Source of the DNA: Octopus bimaculoides
Lineage: Eukaryota
Length of the DNA stretch: 46,160 nt
Assembly (NCBI RefSeq): GCF_001194135.2
Contig: NC_068982.1
Span: 179,871,925 to 179,918,084, forward strand
Reading direction: 5' to 3'
The position numbers and the translations under genes were made by a program. Shown here one piece after another: positions 35,369 to 46,160 of this stretch; position 1 is the stretch's first letter; every line of letters begins with the position of its first letter. Under the pieces are notes generated by a model. That model was not told the origin of the DNA. It ran no database searches and worked only from the letters and a program-made list of their open reading frames with translations.

Positions 35369-35483
35369 TACCTCTGGATATCCTTGTTGCTTATTTTGAT
35401 TTTAATGACCTCATTTTGAAATAGTATGGATAATACCGTACTAAATTCTGGTGCCTCAACTTAAGTACCATATTCATCTGGAT

Positions 35484-35493
35484 CTCTCTCTCT

Positions 35494-35526
<33 letters not shown>

Positions 35527-35537
35527 ACACACACACA

Positions 35538-35614
<77 letters not shown>

Positions 35615-35632
35615 TATGTATATATATATATG
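35484..35632. repeat. (CT)n(CA)n(TA)n compound microsatellite
   Basis: Visible. Confidence 0.97.
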
Positions 35633-35749
35633 ATATTTACCATGTGAACTACGATGAAAAAAATGGGAAAGATATGGTATATAATTTTTTTGTGCAGGGG
35701 TTCCTCGAGACATGTAATTCATTTTAAGCATTATGCAAGGGTAAAAAGG

Positions 35750-36223
35750 TTATAAACCTGGAAAATGCAGGACAAGTTATTACACCTGTAAAAGTATAGG
35801 ACAAACTATTACTTCAAGTAAAGTAAAGAATAAGAAACTTTTTACTTAAAATATTGCTGCAAAGAATGCCAATTCTTCTAATTTATCACTCTTTACAGTT
35901 CTCATCCTTTAAATTTATTGTACAAAACTGTTCAGCTAATTTGTAAGTTTGTCTAATTAGTCACTTTTTTCTGTATTTAAGGTAGTAAATTAGCAAAATT
36001 CGACTGAAAAAAGTNNNNNNNNNNCTGTATTTAAGGTAGTAAATTAGCAAAATTCGACTGAAAAAAGTATAGTGTTATTTGTAAACTACAATAAAATATT
36101 TTTTAATATTCAAATTTTAATTTTAGCTGCATAAGTTTCTAATTCTTTACTTTACTTGAAGTAATAGTTTGTCCTATACTTTTACAGGTGTAATAACTTG
36201 TCCTGTATTTTCCAGGTTTATAA
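35750..36223. mobile_element. Foldback/MITE-like element with 91-bp inverted arms
   Basis: 35750-35840 vs 36133-36223: 89/91 complementary. Each arm has two 17-bp AGGACAA.YTATTAC direct subrepeats. No TSD found. Confidence 0.75.
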
Positions 36224-36445
36224 TCCTAAGAATATTCCTTTTCATGCTCACGCTTTTCTATGTAATACATCATTTTCCAGGCATTGCTGTTATAAGATAA
36301 TTAATAATGTGTCAATTAATAATATAAGATTTTACCTTATAAAATACTGGGTAGGGGGATACATTGGCTGCTATTTTTAGTGTGTTGAGCAACCAGGTAG
36401 AGGCTCTTTCCTTGGTTTGAGTGCGTGATTTCTTTACACATATTA

Positions 36446-36655
36446 TTCTTTTACTTGTTTCAGTCATTTGACTGTGGTCACGCTGGAGCACCACTTTTAG
36501 TCAAATAAATTGACCCCAGGACTTATTCTTTGTAAGCTTAGTACTTATTCTATCGTTCCCTTTTTGCTGAACCGCTACGTGACAGGGACGTAAACGCACC
36601 AGCATCGGTTGTCAAGTGATGGTGGGGGGACAAATACAGACACAAACAACAAACA

Positions 36656-36686
<31 letters not shown>

Positions 36687-37891
36687 NNNNNNNNNNNNNN
36701 NNNNNNNNNNNNNNNNNNNNNNNNNNNNNNNNNNNNNNNNNNNNNNNNNNNNNNNNNNNNNNNNNNNNNNNNNNNNNNNNNNNNNNNNNNNNNNNNNNNN
36801 NNNNNNNNNNNNNNNNNNNNNNNNNNNNNNNNNNNNNNNNNNNNNNNNNNNNNNNNNNNNNNNNNNNNNNNNNNNNNNNNNNNNNNNNNNNNNNNNNNNN
36901 NNNNNNNNNNNNNNNNNNNNNNNNNNNNNNNNNNNNNNNNNNNNNNNNNNNNNNNNNNNNNNNNNNNNNNNNNNNNNNNNNNNNNNNNNNNNNNNNNNNN
37001 NNNNNNNNNNNNNNNNNNNNNNNNNNNNNNNNNNNNNNNNNNNNNNNNNNNNNNNNNNNNNNNNNNNNNNNNNNNNNNNNNNNNNNNNNNNNNNNNNNNN
37101 NNNNNNNNNNNNNNNNNNNNNNNNNNNNNNNNNNNNNNNNNNNNNNNNNNNNNNNNNNNNNNNNNNNNNNNNNNNNNNNNNNNNNNNNNNNNNNNNNNNN
37201 NNNNNNNNNNNNNNNNNNNNNNNNNNNNNNNNNNNNNNNNNNNNNNNNNNNNNNNNNNNNNNNNNNNNNNNNNNNNNNNNNNNNNNNNNNNNNNNNNNNN
37301 NNNNNNNNNNNNNNNNNNNNNNNNNNNNNNNNNNNNNNNNNNNNNNNNNNNNNNNNNNNNNNNNNNNNNNNNNNNNNNNNNNNNNNNNNNNNNNNNNNNN
37401 NNNNNNNNNNNNNNNNNNNNNNNNNNNNNNNNNNNNNNNNNNNNNNNNGTCTTTGATTATGTTCTTATATGTCGCATTCACACTCACACACAGACATACA
37501 TCTTTAACGCTACAATAAATATCTCTGTTATTCATCTAATACGGTTGTGGTCTTTCATTACTGGTCATCTATGTTATCGTCGCATAACATATATGTATAT
37601 CATCTTTGATATATATTTGTATGTTCGACCGTGTGACACGTTTAAATAAAAGGAGTCCTCTGTTTTTCCATTCGTCACCATTTCTCCTTTTTGAGTTCGC
37701 ACGGTCGTCCCTTACATATATATATATATACATACGACGGGCTTCTTTCAGTTTCCGTCTACCAAATCCACTCACAAGGCTTTGGTCGGCCCGAGGCTAC
37801 AGTAGAAGACACTTGCTCAATGTACCACGCAGTGGGACTAAACCTGGAACCATGTGGTTGGGAAGCAAGCTTCTTACCACACAACCACTAC
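36446..37891 (-). mobile_element. SINE family D copy spanning a gap
   Basis: 36446-36660 and 37735-37891 match the two halves of 31714-32150. Confidence 0.88.
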
Positions 37892-38164
37892 TGCGCCTAT
37901 ACATATGTATAATGTATAATATGCATATATATCATGGGCAAAAGTTAGAGAGTAAGTCAAAAGCTGAGAGTTTCGTGTACTGGCACTTATCAAACATGAA
38001 TTTGTCCATCGTCACTCAGTAACTTGTGACGAAATAACTTCTAAAATACAAAATTTTGTCAAAAACGTTAAGCGTAAACCCTGTTGTATGTGACACATTG
38101 TACCAGTATCGGAGGTTTCAAAGTGTTTAGTTAAAAAGAAATTAATTAAATAATCTGTACGTCA

Positions 38165-38292
38165 AATTGAATAGATCCGAAATGGATAAAAGGAAAATTC
38201 GACCTCAGCGGAATTTGAACTCAAAATGCAAACATAGGTGGAATACTGATAAGCATTTAGTCCAGCACGCTAACGTTTGTGCCAGCTCGCAG
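38165..38292 (-). mobile_element. SINE family A 5' fragment
   Basis: Reverse complement GCGAGCTGGCACAAACGTTAGCGTGC..GAGTTCAAATTCCGCTGAGGTCGA. Confidence 0.75.
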
Positions 38293-38342
38293 CTTTAGAT
38301 CGTAATCATTCATTTTAGCGAAATGTTCTTTATTTTTATTGT

Positions 38343-38728
38343 TAAGCGTTACTTCCTTACTTAGCGACATAAAATTTCGTGTCATTTTACCCCATTACTT
38401 TTCTCCCACTAGTTTTTGTTCAATCCGACTAACGATTCTGAATTCCTCATGCATTTTTCTATCATTTAAGCCTAAGAAAAGTATACTTTTATTTTAAAAT
38501 TAAAAAGTTTATGTTAATTGAAGGTGAATAGGTGCCTTACTGCCCCCCCCTTGAGGTCGCAGATATTTTGATGTAACTTTTTTTCTCCTGAACCAAATCT
38601 CAAACTGTTTATGCCAAAGTGTAGCTGAGGAGGTGACCTCTTCAAAACTGGTAACAGTTAGCAATTTAGTTGAGAACTGAATTAGTGGTGAAGCTTGGAA
38701 GCTGCTGCGATTGACGAAATGGTGAATT
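38343..38728 (-). repeat. Unclassified ~390-bp interspersed repeat, copy 2
   Basis: Inverted copy of 8015-8407. Confidence 0.85.
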
Positions 38729-38819
38729 TAAGAATGTATATATATATTCAATAAAGTATTAAACAAGAAAATTGCTGGTGTCAGATGTGACATGCAGGCC
38801 ATCATATAACTAATTTGAC

Positions 38820-39080
38820 ATGCACATTGCGTCTTTATTCTTCTCTTCCGTTTTATGAATCCAGTGTGCACATGCGCATTGCGTGCTCATACTCCTCTTT
38901 TCGCTTCCTACACAGAACTGTTTACAGATCACAACCATCTCACGAACCTGCGGTCGTGAAGAGCGCTTCGCGTTTCAATGGTTATGAAAAATACCGGAAA
39001 TATTTTATGAAAGTATTACGTAATTCATTTAGTACGCTAATATCTGTATATCGCCAATCAGAGCCATCTTAGCAACATTA
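38820..39080 (-). promoter_or_regulatory. Candidate housekeeping-type promoter / first-exon region
   Basis: CpG-rich non-repeat segment with NRF1-like TGCACATGCGCA (38867), ETS ACCGGAAAT (38993), NF-Y GCCAATCAGA (39053), YY1-like GCCATCTT (39063) and RFX half-site TAGCAAC (39070). Strand inferred only. Confidence 0.5.
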
Positions 39081-39749
39081 TAAGCACTTGGTCCTATTAT
39101 TATTTATTTTTTGATAGTATTTCACAATGTACATAGATCATAATTGGGTCCCTAGATCAGTGAGGACCCTGAATAACCGCCCTGTGTGCTATTACCTTAA
39201 AACGTCTCTGTCACCAACGCTGTTTTGAATGGTTGCTGATATTTTATTGCTGAATTCAGAATATCTTACTGAAAACTCAGATGTTTAAAGTTTTAGCCCC
39301 TCACCATTAAGCAACAGGTATTTCTTGATCCTTGTGATTTTAGGTTGTAAAGCCGTGAACTTGCAAGTAGAGTCGCTTACAGATAATGTCAGAAAGTCAC
39401 TGACTTGGATCTTCATCAAAAGCAAGAAATGTAATGAATATTGGATTTATATAATGATATGAAATTCATTGACTCATCGGTATGGATATGCATGTTACAG
39501 TAGTCTTAAGGATGAATGTATATAATTAAGGCTAAATTAAGAGATCAAAGGCTTGTCAGATGATCATTTCCTTCATCTCTGTGATACTGGAGTATAAAAC
39601 CAAGGTAGAATCATATCGTATACCTAGTTCTCAAAACTTGTTTCTTTCAGTGTGGTGTGCTTCCGCTAGCGAATTTGTGTGAATGTGTGCATGCATATTT
39701 AGCTTATCATTCACATTACTGCATAAAACAATGGCTATTTTAAAATTCA

Positions 39750-39960
39750 GCCGCTTGAAGTATTACAAATTTTCACCAGATCCTTGTCTCAAATTTTCCT
39801 GACTGATGTAGTTTTTGCATGCTGGTAACAAAAATTACATTCATTTCCCTCCAGAAATTAATAATAGAAAAGTTACAAGCATTTAAAATTATATAATAAT
39901 AGCCAATCAGAAGCCTTCATTGCTGATGTACTGGAAGTTGTAGCTGTTTCCATGGGAACA
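39750..39960 (-). repeat. Distant relative of family X (X-box + CCAAT)
   Basis: AGCCAATCAG at 39901 and GTTTCCATGGGAAC at 39946. Reverse complement shows the same AAAACTACATC..AAATTTGA motif order. Confidence 0.5.
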
Positions 39961-40111
39961 ACAGACAACGAAGACGGAACTTTTACGCGGTCTCTCTACG
40001 TGCTAGAAATGAAAGCCAAATCTTAAACTCTACCATAACGCCTAAAAAGCAAGAATGAATAAACATTGCCGAATTGCTAATGTTATACTTTGAACACTCC
40101 TGTGCCCTTAC

Positions 40112-40236
40112 AGAGGCTGAAGACCACCCAACTATATCGATGTTATTAGCAGGGATGTGCTTCATGAAAGAGAAACCCTGTCAAAGTTAATAGGGGACAG
40201 AAATCCCTGCTGTAGCGTAGTGAAACGCATCTCTCC
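40112..40236 (+). ncRNA. Hammerhead-like motif with long structured stem II
   Basis: AGAGG-CTGAAGA-CCAC..AGCAGGGAT/ATCCCTGCT 9-bp helix..GTAGT-GAAA-CGCA-TC-TCTCC. 4-bp helix I; helix III is one change from CGCG. Confidence 0.45.
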
Positions 40237-40254
40237 CTCACCATCTCTTTCTCG

Positions 40255-40795
40255 CTCGGTCGGCTTGCAACTCAGCACCTGGAGGGGCAAGTCGATGTCG
40301 TCCAATAACGTCGTGGGGCGTTGGACGAAAGGTCCGGTTAAGTTGCTAGGGGTCTGGCTCGGGCCAGACCTCCAGATTGAGAAGAATTGGAGTGAAGTTA
40401 TGAGCAAGGTGACTGCCTTAAACCAACCTGGTTTGGATGGGCGTTATCTTTGTTAGGGAGGGCAGAGGTGGCGTAGATGTTCATAGCATCTGTCATCACC
40501 TACCGCCTGACCGCTGTGCCTTGCCCCTATTTGTGACTGAACAAGTTGGCAAGAATCCTTTTCCGTTTTTTATACAAGGGAGGAAAGCCACTTGTGAAGC
40601 GCTCTGTCTGCTGCCAAAAACCGCTAAAGGGTGGGCTAGCGATGCCTTGGCTGAGGATGCGAAAATTCGCGTTAAGGTTGTGGCACCTCCAGTTTTACCT
40701 GGATGAGGAGCAGATGTGGTCACCGCACGTAAAGTTCTACCTTCCACAGTTGACGTCCTTAATGGACATTGGTCCATGGATCAAGCGAAGACCTA
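40255..40795 (+). mobile_element. Tx1/L1-clade LINE RT C-terminal fragment with frameshifts
   Basis: GLQLSTWRGK..PVKLLGVWLG..NWSEV..LSLLGRAEVA..LARILFRFLYKGGKPLVKRSVCCQKPLKGGLAMP matches the KLLG..W..LS..GR..GGLG pattern. Confidence 0.85.
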
Positions 40796-40799
40796 AACT

Positions 40800-40980
40800 G
40801 GGGGATTGGCAATTGGAGTGCCGTCTTTACGTTCTGAGTTCAGATTCCGCCGAGGTCCACTTTGCCTTTCATCCTTTCGAGGTTGATAAAGTACCAGTTG
40901 TGTACTGGAGTCGATGTAATCGACTGGCCCCTCCTCTCTACCAAAAATTTCGGGCCTTGTGCGTAGAGTAGAAAGGAATA
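40800..40980 (+). mobile_element. SINE family A copy, CpGs retained
   Basis: TTACGTTCTGAGTTCAGATTCCGCCGAGGTCCACTTTGCCTTTCATCCTTTCGAGG. Confidence 0.88.
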
Positions 40981-41479
40981 CAGCTTTTGAAATGCTTTTT
41001 CATGTTACATCGTTTACCGAGTTTAGTCGCCTGTCTTGGAACAAATTACCGACCTGTGTTGAGGTATGCCTGTTCTTTAAATCGGGTTCTCACATTGACA
41101 TGTTTAAATATTCATGTTTATTTATTCGGATGTGTGTGTAAAAGTGTATGTATGTATGAGTATTTGTGTTTATGCGTATGTGTTATGGCTGAATGGTTAA
41201 GATATGGGTTCGATCCGACTGACATCTTGAGCAAATGTTATATTGTATAGCCTCGTGTTGAAACATACCTTGTTACGGAAACTGGATAAACCGCAACATT
41301 CAAGATCTAAACTTTGAATGTTGTGAATGATAGGATTTTTAAATTCAGGTCAGTTCTAATCAAGCAGATCTGTGATCCAAGTCATTACAATTGTAAACAA
41401 TACATATTTTCAAGCGAAAACGATAAATGAAAAAAAAAAAACGAATGCAACACAAAAATTGAGAGTTACACAGGAGAGT

Positions 41480-41700
41480 TCCACACGAATGGCTTGTTAC
41501 TATGGAAACAAGCACCTATATGTATGTGGCTTTCGATTGGCTAAAATTACCCAAAATGTATAAATTTTAAAAGCTATCAACTGTTTATTTATTGATTTAT
41601 GACGAAAATGAATTGCATTTCAATAATTAATATACAAAACTACAGCAGTACGTCAAATTTGAAATCAACTGAAACAAAACTGAAGAAATTAAAAGTGAAA
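41480..41700 (+). repeat. Family X copy 2
   Basis: GTTACTATGGAAAC at 41496 and GATTGGCT at 41535, with the same 25-nt spacing as copy 1. Confidence 0.8.
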
Positions 41701-41899
41701 GCAAAACAGAAAAGAACCGCAGCGAGGATGGATTGCGCGCGTACTTCAAGCGGGCAACTTTGTCACTTTATCAAACTTCGTCAGTAACGGTATGTGTATA
41801 GTTATCTGCAATATGTAGCTGCTTACATTTTAATTCATTGAGCAAGAAATTCAGCTCATCCAACAAGTGAACCTTCAGCGTTGAAACCGACCGACATCC

Positions 41900-42309
41900 A
41901 TCCGTGTGAGTGTGTGTGTGTTTAGTGTGCGCGTGTGTGTTAATATTGTGTGGGAATGAAAGAGTGTGTATATGCGTGTATGCATCTATGTAAATGTGTG
42001 TGTTTGTATTTACATCTATGTGTGTGTGTGTGCATTTTATGGCTCAGTAAATTATCACTGATATTATGTTTATATATCTTATTTTTTTTCACGAATATCT
42101 ATATCGATAATTATGTTTGTATTCCTGGATATGATTATGCCAGTATGTGTGTGTGTGTGTGTGTCTGTGTGTGTACACGCGCGCGCACACACACTTATGC
42201 ACACACAATACGGCGTTCTTTCGGTCCACAATACACAAACATTTAACACACAAATAATACAAACACATTTAATACAGATACGCACACACACATAATAAAT
42301 AGACATTTA

Positions 42310-42343
<34 letters not shown>

Positions 42344-42352
42344 TCAACACAC
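41900..42352. repeat. Degenerate (GT)n/(CA)n microsatellite region
   Basis: Visible. Confidence 0.9.
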
Positions 42353-42914
42353 AGATATGCGGATTAGTTCTGGAAACTCTTACGTTAATATGCATCCGAA
42401 ATCATTATGCGCAGCTGAATAGGTGTAAAGATGCCAACAGATATGTCAAGTGTGCTAAAATTTCTCTTTTTAGATTTAATGTACCGAATGCATATGGAAC
42501 AATACAACTTCCATAACAATTCGGCGATAAAAAAAAGAGAAAAAGAAAGAAAAACGAATAGAAAAATCTATCATAGTCAAACAATATTCATACATGTACT
42601 TTATATTTATTAATTTTTGTATGATATGAATTTACACTTATATCACCTAAAATTATATATGAATATTATAAACATCGCTGATCACATGAATGGCGTTTTC
42701 TCTATCCACTTCCTATCTTTTCGTATCTACCTTCCTCCTCACACACTCTCTTGTCTGAGCGACTTCAACTGAAAATTCATTTAGGTGGCTAATCGGCCAT
42801 GTTCAGCTCCAGTGAATCGTGACCAAGGCATATTATTTCCATTTCTCAATAATGCTGCAGTGAATGAGGGCATACTATGTTTCAAGTTAAATGAATAAGT
42901 ATGATTTCGGCTAC

Positions 42915-43370
42915 CTGAGCTGGCAGAATCGGTAGCGCGCCGGATTATATGCTTAGTAGCATGTCTCCCGTCTTTACGTACTGAGTTCAAATTCCGTCAA
43001 GGCTGACTTTATCTTTTATCCTTTCGGTGTCGATAAAATATGTACCACTTGAGTACTGAGGTCGATGTAATCGGCTTACTCCCTTCCCCCAAAATGTCAG
43101 GCCTTCTACATATAGTAGAAAGGATTATTATTATTATTACTTGTCTTAAAAAGTCGGCGTGCTGACAGAATCGTTAGCATGCTGGACGCAATGCTTAAAG
43201 GTATTTCGCCCATCGCTACGTTCTGAGTTCAAATTCCGTCGAGGATGACATTACCTTTCATCCTTTCGGGTTCGATGAATTAAATGCCAGTAAAACACCG
43301 GAGTCGATGTAATCGTCTAGTTCCTCCCCATGCGAATTTCAGGCCTTGTGCTTTAAGTAGAAAAGATTTT
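42915..43370 (+). mobile_element. Tandem pair of family A SINEs separated by (ATT)n
   Basis: Copies at ~42915-43125 and ~43155-43370. Confidence 0.9.
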
Positions 43371-43419
43371 TATTCGTCTTAAAGTTTCAAAGTTGCCGTC
43401 ATAAACGTTCGTACGAAGA

Positions 43420-44830
43420 AAAATACGTCTGGCAAGATTGTCGAGTTGCTTGGGCAGAAAAGTGTAGATGTGTGATATCTGTGATGTAAGCTGAAGGAAA
43501 ATCTCAACCAGACTCCCCCCCAGAAAAGAAACGAAAATATAAATTCTTTTGGATGAGCAGGAGTAATGGAGTTGGTGGGGTAGGCATTTTGTTAGTGGAA
43601 AATAGCTCGATAATTAATTGAAATTAATTGAAGTAGTCAGAAATTCAGACAGATAAATTAAACTTAGTCTAGTCGTGGGTAACATAAAAGTACAGCTATT
43701 TTTACATATGCACTATATTCACGATTGATAAATAAAAATAATGTTTCTATGTGATCACCTCTATAACGAGTGATAGCGACCTCTAGTAACTTTAATAGTC
43801 ACGTATGGCAATATCATGATAGCTACTCTGATATGCATGTACGCTATTGGATGTGGTGGATGGAATGAATAGGGATCAAAGCTCTTGAAGTTCTGTGATG
43901 CAAATGACCGAACACTATCTCCAGGAAATCTGATGCCAACAGGACAGATTTCCTGTATAGGGGCCTCTGTCAGTTAAGGTTAATCATGTGTGCGCACGCC
44001 TGGGCAACATATCAGAAAAAATCAAGCTGATGCGCATTCATGGGAGTTTTTCCCTTTCCATACCACCAATATCCATCGCAGTAAAAGGCCATCGACCTGG
44101 TCAATGTCGTCTGGTACTAGTGTCATTGCAGGGTTGCTGTCAGAGCGCAAAAGACTGGAATAGATACTGTGGAGGCATCCCTTTCGATGTTCTAACATTT
44201 CCGCCAATCCATCGTTCTGGATTGGTATTTTCGTTATTCATTCAGAAAATATGAAAAGCTAAATTCACTTCAGAACACAGTCGGAATAATACCGCAAGGC
44301 ATTCTATGTTTAACGACTCTGCCAATTAGCCACTTGAGACAGGCTTCATATTCACCAAGAAACAGCTGGACAGATGGATGTGACTATTGAGTCTCTCTCC
44401 AGTGAAGAATGTACACACATCATAGGCTTGTGACTAGTGACATGAGATTAAGAGCTAGACGTTCCCTATAACAAAATAAAATCTAGGAAGAGAAAACCTA
44501 GGAAGAAAAAGATTCCCATTGATGAGACGTCGGTTCGGAAAAGAAAAAAAACGCCTGATGACATCTATGTCTAAGCAAAGTTATAGCTATCTGAAACATA
44601 GGAATCAGCTGAGAAACAACCTTCTTTGAACCACAGATCAAATCTATGGTTGTAGCACGGTTCCAGCAAAGTACGGGGCAACATGACAGTAGAATGACAC
44701 AGAAAATAGTATAATAGAAGCTTATAAACAGCCCGGAAAGAATAGAAGAAATGTCAGAACACACAAAAATATCTTTTATCTAGAAGAGAAGCTTGATGTC
44801 AAGTATATGTAGCATGGAGAGGGTCAGAAG
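43420..44830 (+). mobile_element. Ancient, heavily decayed RTE LINE
   Basis: IVELLGQKSVDV..YKFFWMSRSNGVGGVGILL..IEVVRNSDR (43437-43680), EC.HHRLVTSDMRLRAR (~44407-44460) and QVYVAWRG (~44799) are colinear with the RTE at 2145-3244. Confidence 0.65.
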
Positions 44831-45207
44831 CGTGTGGTGTTCTGATTGCAAAGTAGTGTGTCAGTGTGATTCAGGAAGTTGTCGGTTAAAAGTCTATATA
44901 TCATACTATCGGCGTAATCGCCCATACACGAAGAAGAAGAAGGAAATATAGAAATAGTGCTACCAGAAGTTAATGAAAGTAATATTATATGAAAAAGTGA
45001 GAGAGAGTGAGGGAGAGACTACCCAAGTTGTTTCTACAGAAAGATCGACTGTTCAAATTGGCAGTTATATGGTAAAAGGCACAGATAAAGATAAGAAAGC
45101 AAGCGAAACAATCAGACCATGAGTAAAAAAACAGCGAAGTAGAACATGCATTAGTCACTCGCATAGTTAATAAGGTAGTACAGAAAGGGGTCTTTCTCAG
45201 TTAATTG

Positions 45208-45266
<59 letters not shown>
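45208..45266. repeat. (CAT)n microsatellite
   Basis: Visible. Confidence 0.97.
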
Positions 45267-45267
<1 letters not shown>

Positions 45268-45476
45268 GACTACTACAAGTTCAATGAAGAAGCTCTACAA
45301 AACAAAACACGTAATTAATAGCGTCCACTTCTTAAGTGACCTAATTAGCAATGGAGAACTATGTTCCGAAAGCATAACAGTGACAATAAGAACTCACTGG
45401 AAAAAGCTCAGGACGCTATAGCTCTGCAGTCGACAAAGAGACTTTCTTTTGCTCTGAGTAAGCGGTTGGGGGTACG

Positions 45477-46084
45477 ATGCATATGCTCAAAGTGCAACGC
45501 TACGTGATTGTGAAGCATGAGCATTTGATGCGGAAGGTAGGTCGAGCACATATCGCTGCATGTGTAACTTATGACATCACAAATAGGAAGTTACATTTCA
45601 AACAACGCATTAATAAACAAATACTGAATAGATTACGCAAAGCTAACACGACTTGGAGTTTCTGTACGAAAGCATGTCTTCGATAACACTCCGTTGATCA
45701 CTCCGTCAACGATAAACAGACTGAACGCAACTTGAAACCTTCTACCAAAGAAGGTTATGGCACATGCTAAGGCATAATTGGCGAGGCTGTAACTAACGAG
45801 GTTGTTCAACTGCAAGCGATTGGTATTGCCAGCATTAAAAACATGTTAACCAAAGTACAGCGGTGAAGGATGCAATACCTTGTAGGCATAACCGACACCT
45901 GACACCATTATTTTGAACTGAAACGGGAATGCGACAACAGGGTGCTTAAAAGAAGAGATACAGAAATCGGCTCAGGTATATGGTGAAACAGAACAAGATA
46001 TCCCAGTCTTCAGACCCAACGCGACGAAAATAATAAAAACATTGCTTGAAGAATTGACGGTAGACAATGATGTAAAGATCATGT
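45477..46084 (+). pseudogene. Decayed ORF of unknown origin (probably transposon-derived)
   Basis: One frame has only 4 internal stops over ~170 codons (45477-45987). A shifted frame continues ..KEEIQKSAQVYGETEQDIPVFRPNATKIIKTLLEELTVDNDVKIM. Confidence 0.3.
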
Positions 46085-46160
46085 AAACATAACGACAAGA
46101 AACGAACAGATAAAAACTGGTTCAACAACCATCAACCTCTACAATCACCATATATATATA

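Larger units (their letters stand above)
34960..35404. mobile_element. ~445-bp palindrome of two hammerhead-bearing units (Penelope pLTR-like)
   Basis: Arms 34960-35162 and 35203-35404 are reverse complements with about 11 differences and a 40-nt spacer. Abuts (TA)n. Confidence 0.9.

Noticed and set aside
35971-36068. 44-bp direct repeat flanking a 10-N gap (similar overlap at 31840-31872)
   Set aside because: Typical unmerged contig overlap, an assembly artefact.
43988-44254. Opposing ORFs of 88 and 61 aa inside the old RTE
   Set aside because: No recognisable motif or splice signals, and lengths are within chance for locally higher GC.

Overview
AT-rich, repeat-saturated eukaryotic scaffold DNA with 8 assembly gaps. 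The microsatellite load and the SINE/RTE families look like an octopod cephalopod genome (inference from pattern recognition, no database search). I see no intact, nameable host gene, and no rRNA, functional tRNA or CRISPR array. Most ORF-track entries are artefacts of N-runs or microsatellites. Well supported: decayed RTE-clade LINE pieces (endonuclease, RT and many 3' ends with (ATG)n tails), a Tx1/L1-clade RT fragment, a dead Tc1/mariner transposase fragment, a non-autonomous Helitron, a hAT MITE with an 8-bp TSD, TTAA-type piggyBac-like MITEs and about 20 tRNA-derived SINE copies. Most interesting: (1) five hammerhead-ribozyme-like motifs of the minimal Penelope type in four unrelated sequence contexts. 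One near-intact copy sits in a 445-bp palindrome and one is fused to a tRNA-derived Pol III head. (2) A sharp rise in CpG density near 37.5-39 kb coincides with a motif-rich promoter-like segment, suggesting a minus-strand host gene whose body covers the left part of the window. A phase-consistent chain of candidate exons is proposed at low confidence. (3) Four long inverted repeats could form dsRNA within that putative pre-mRNA.
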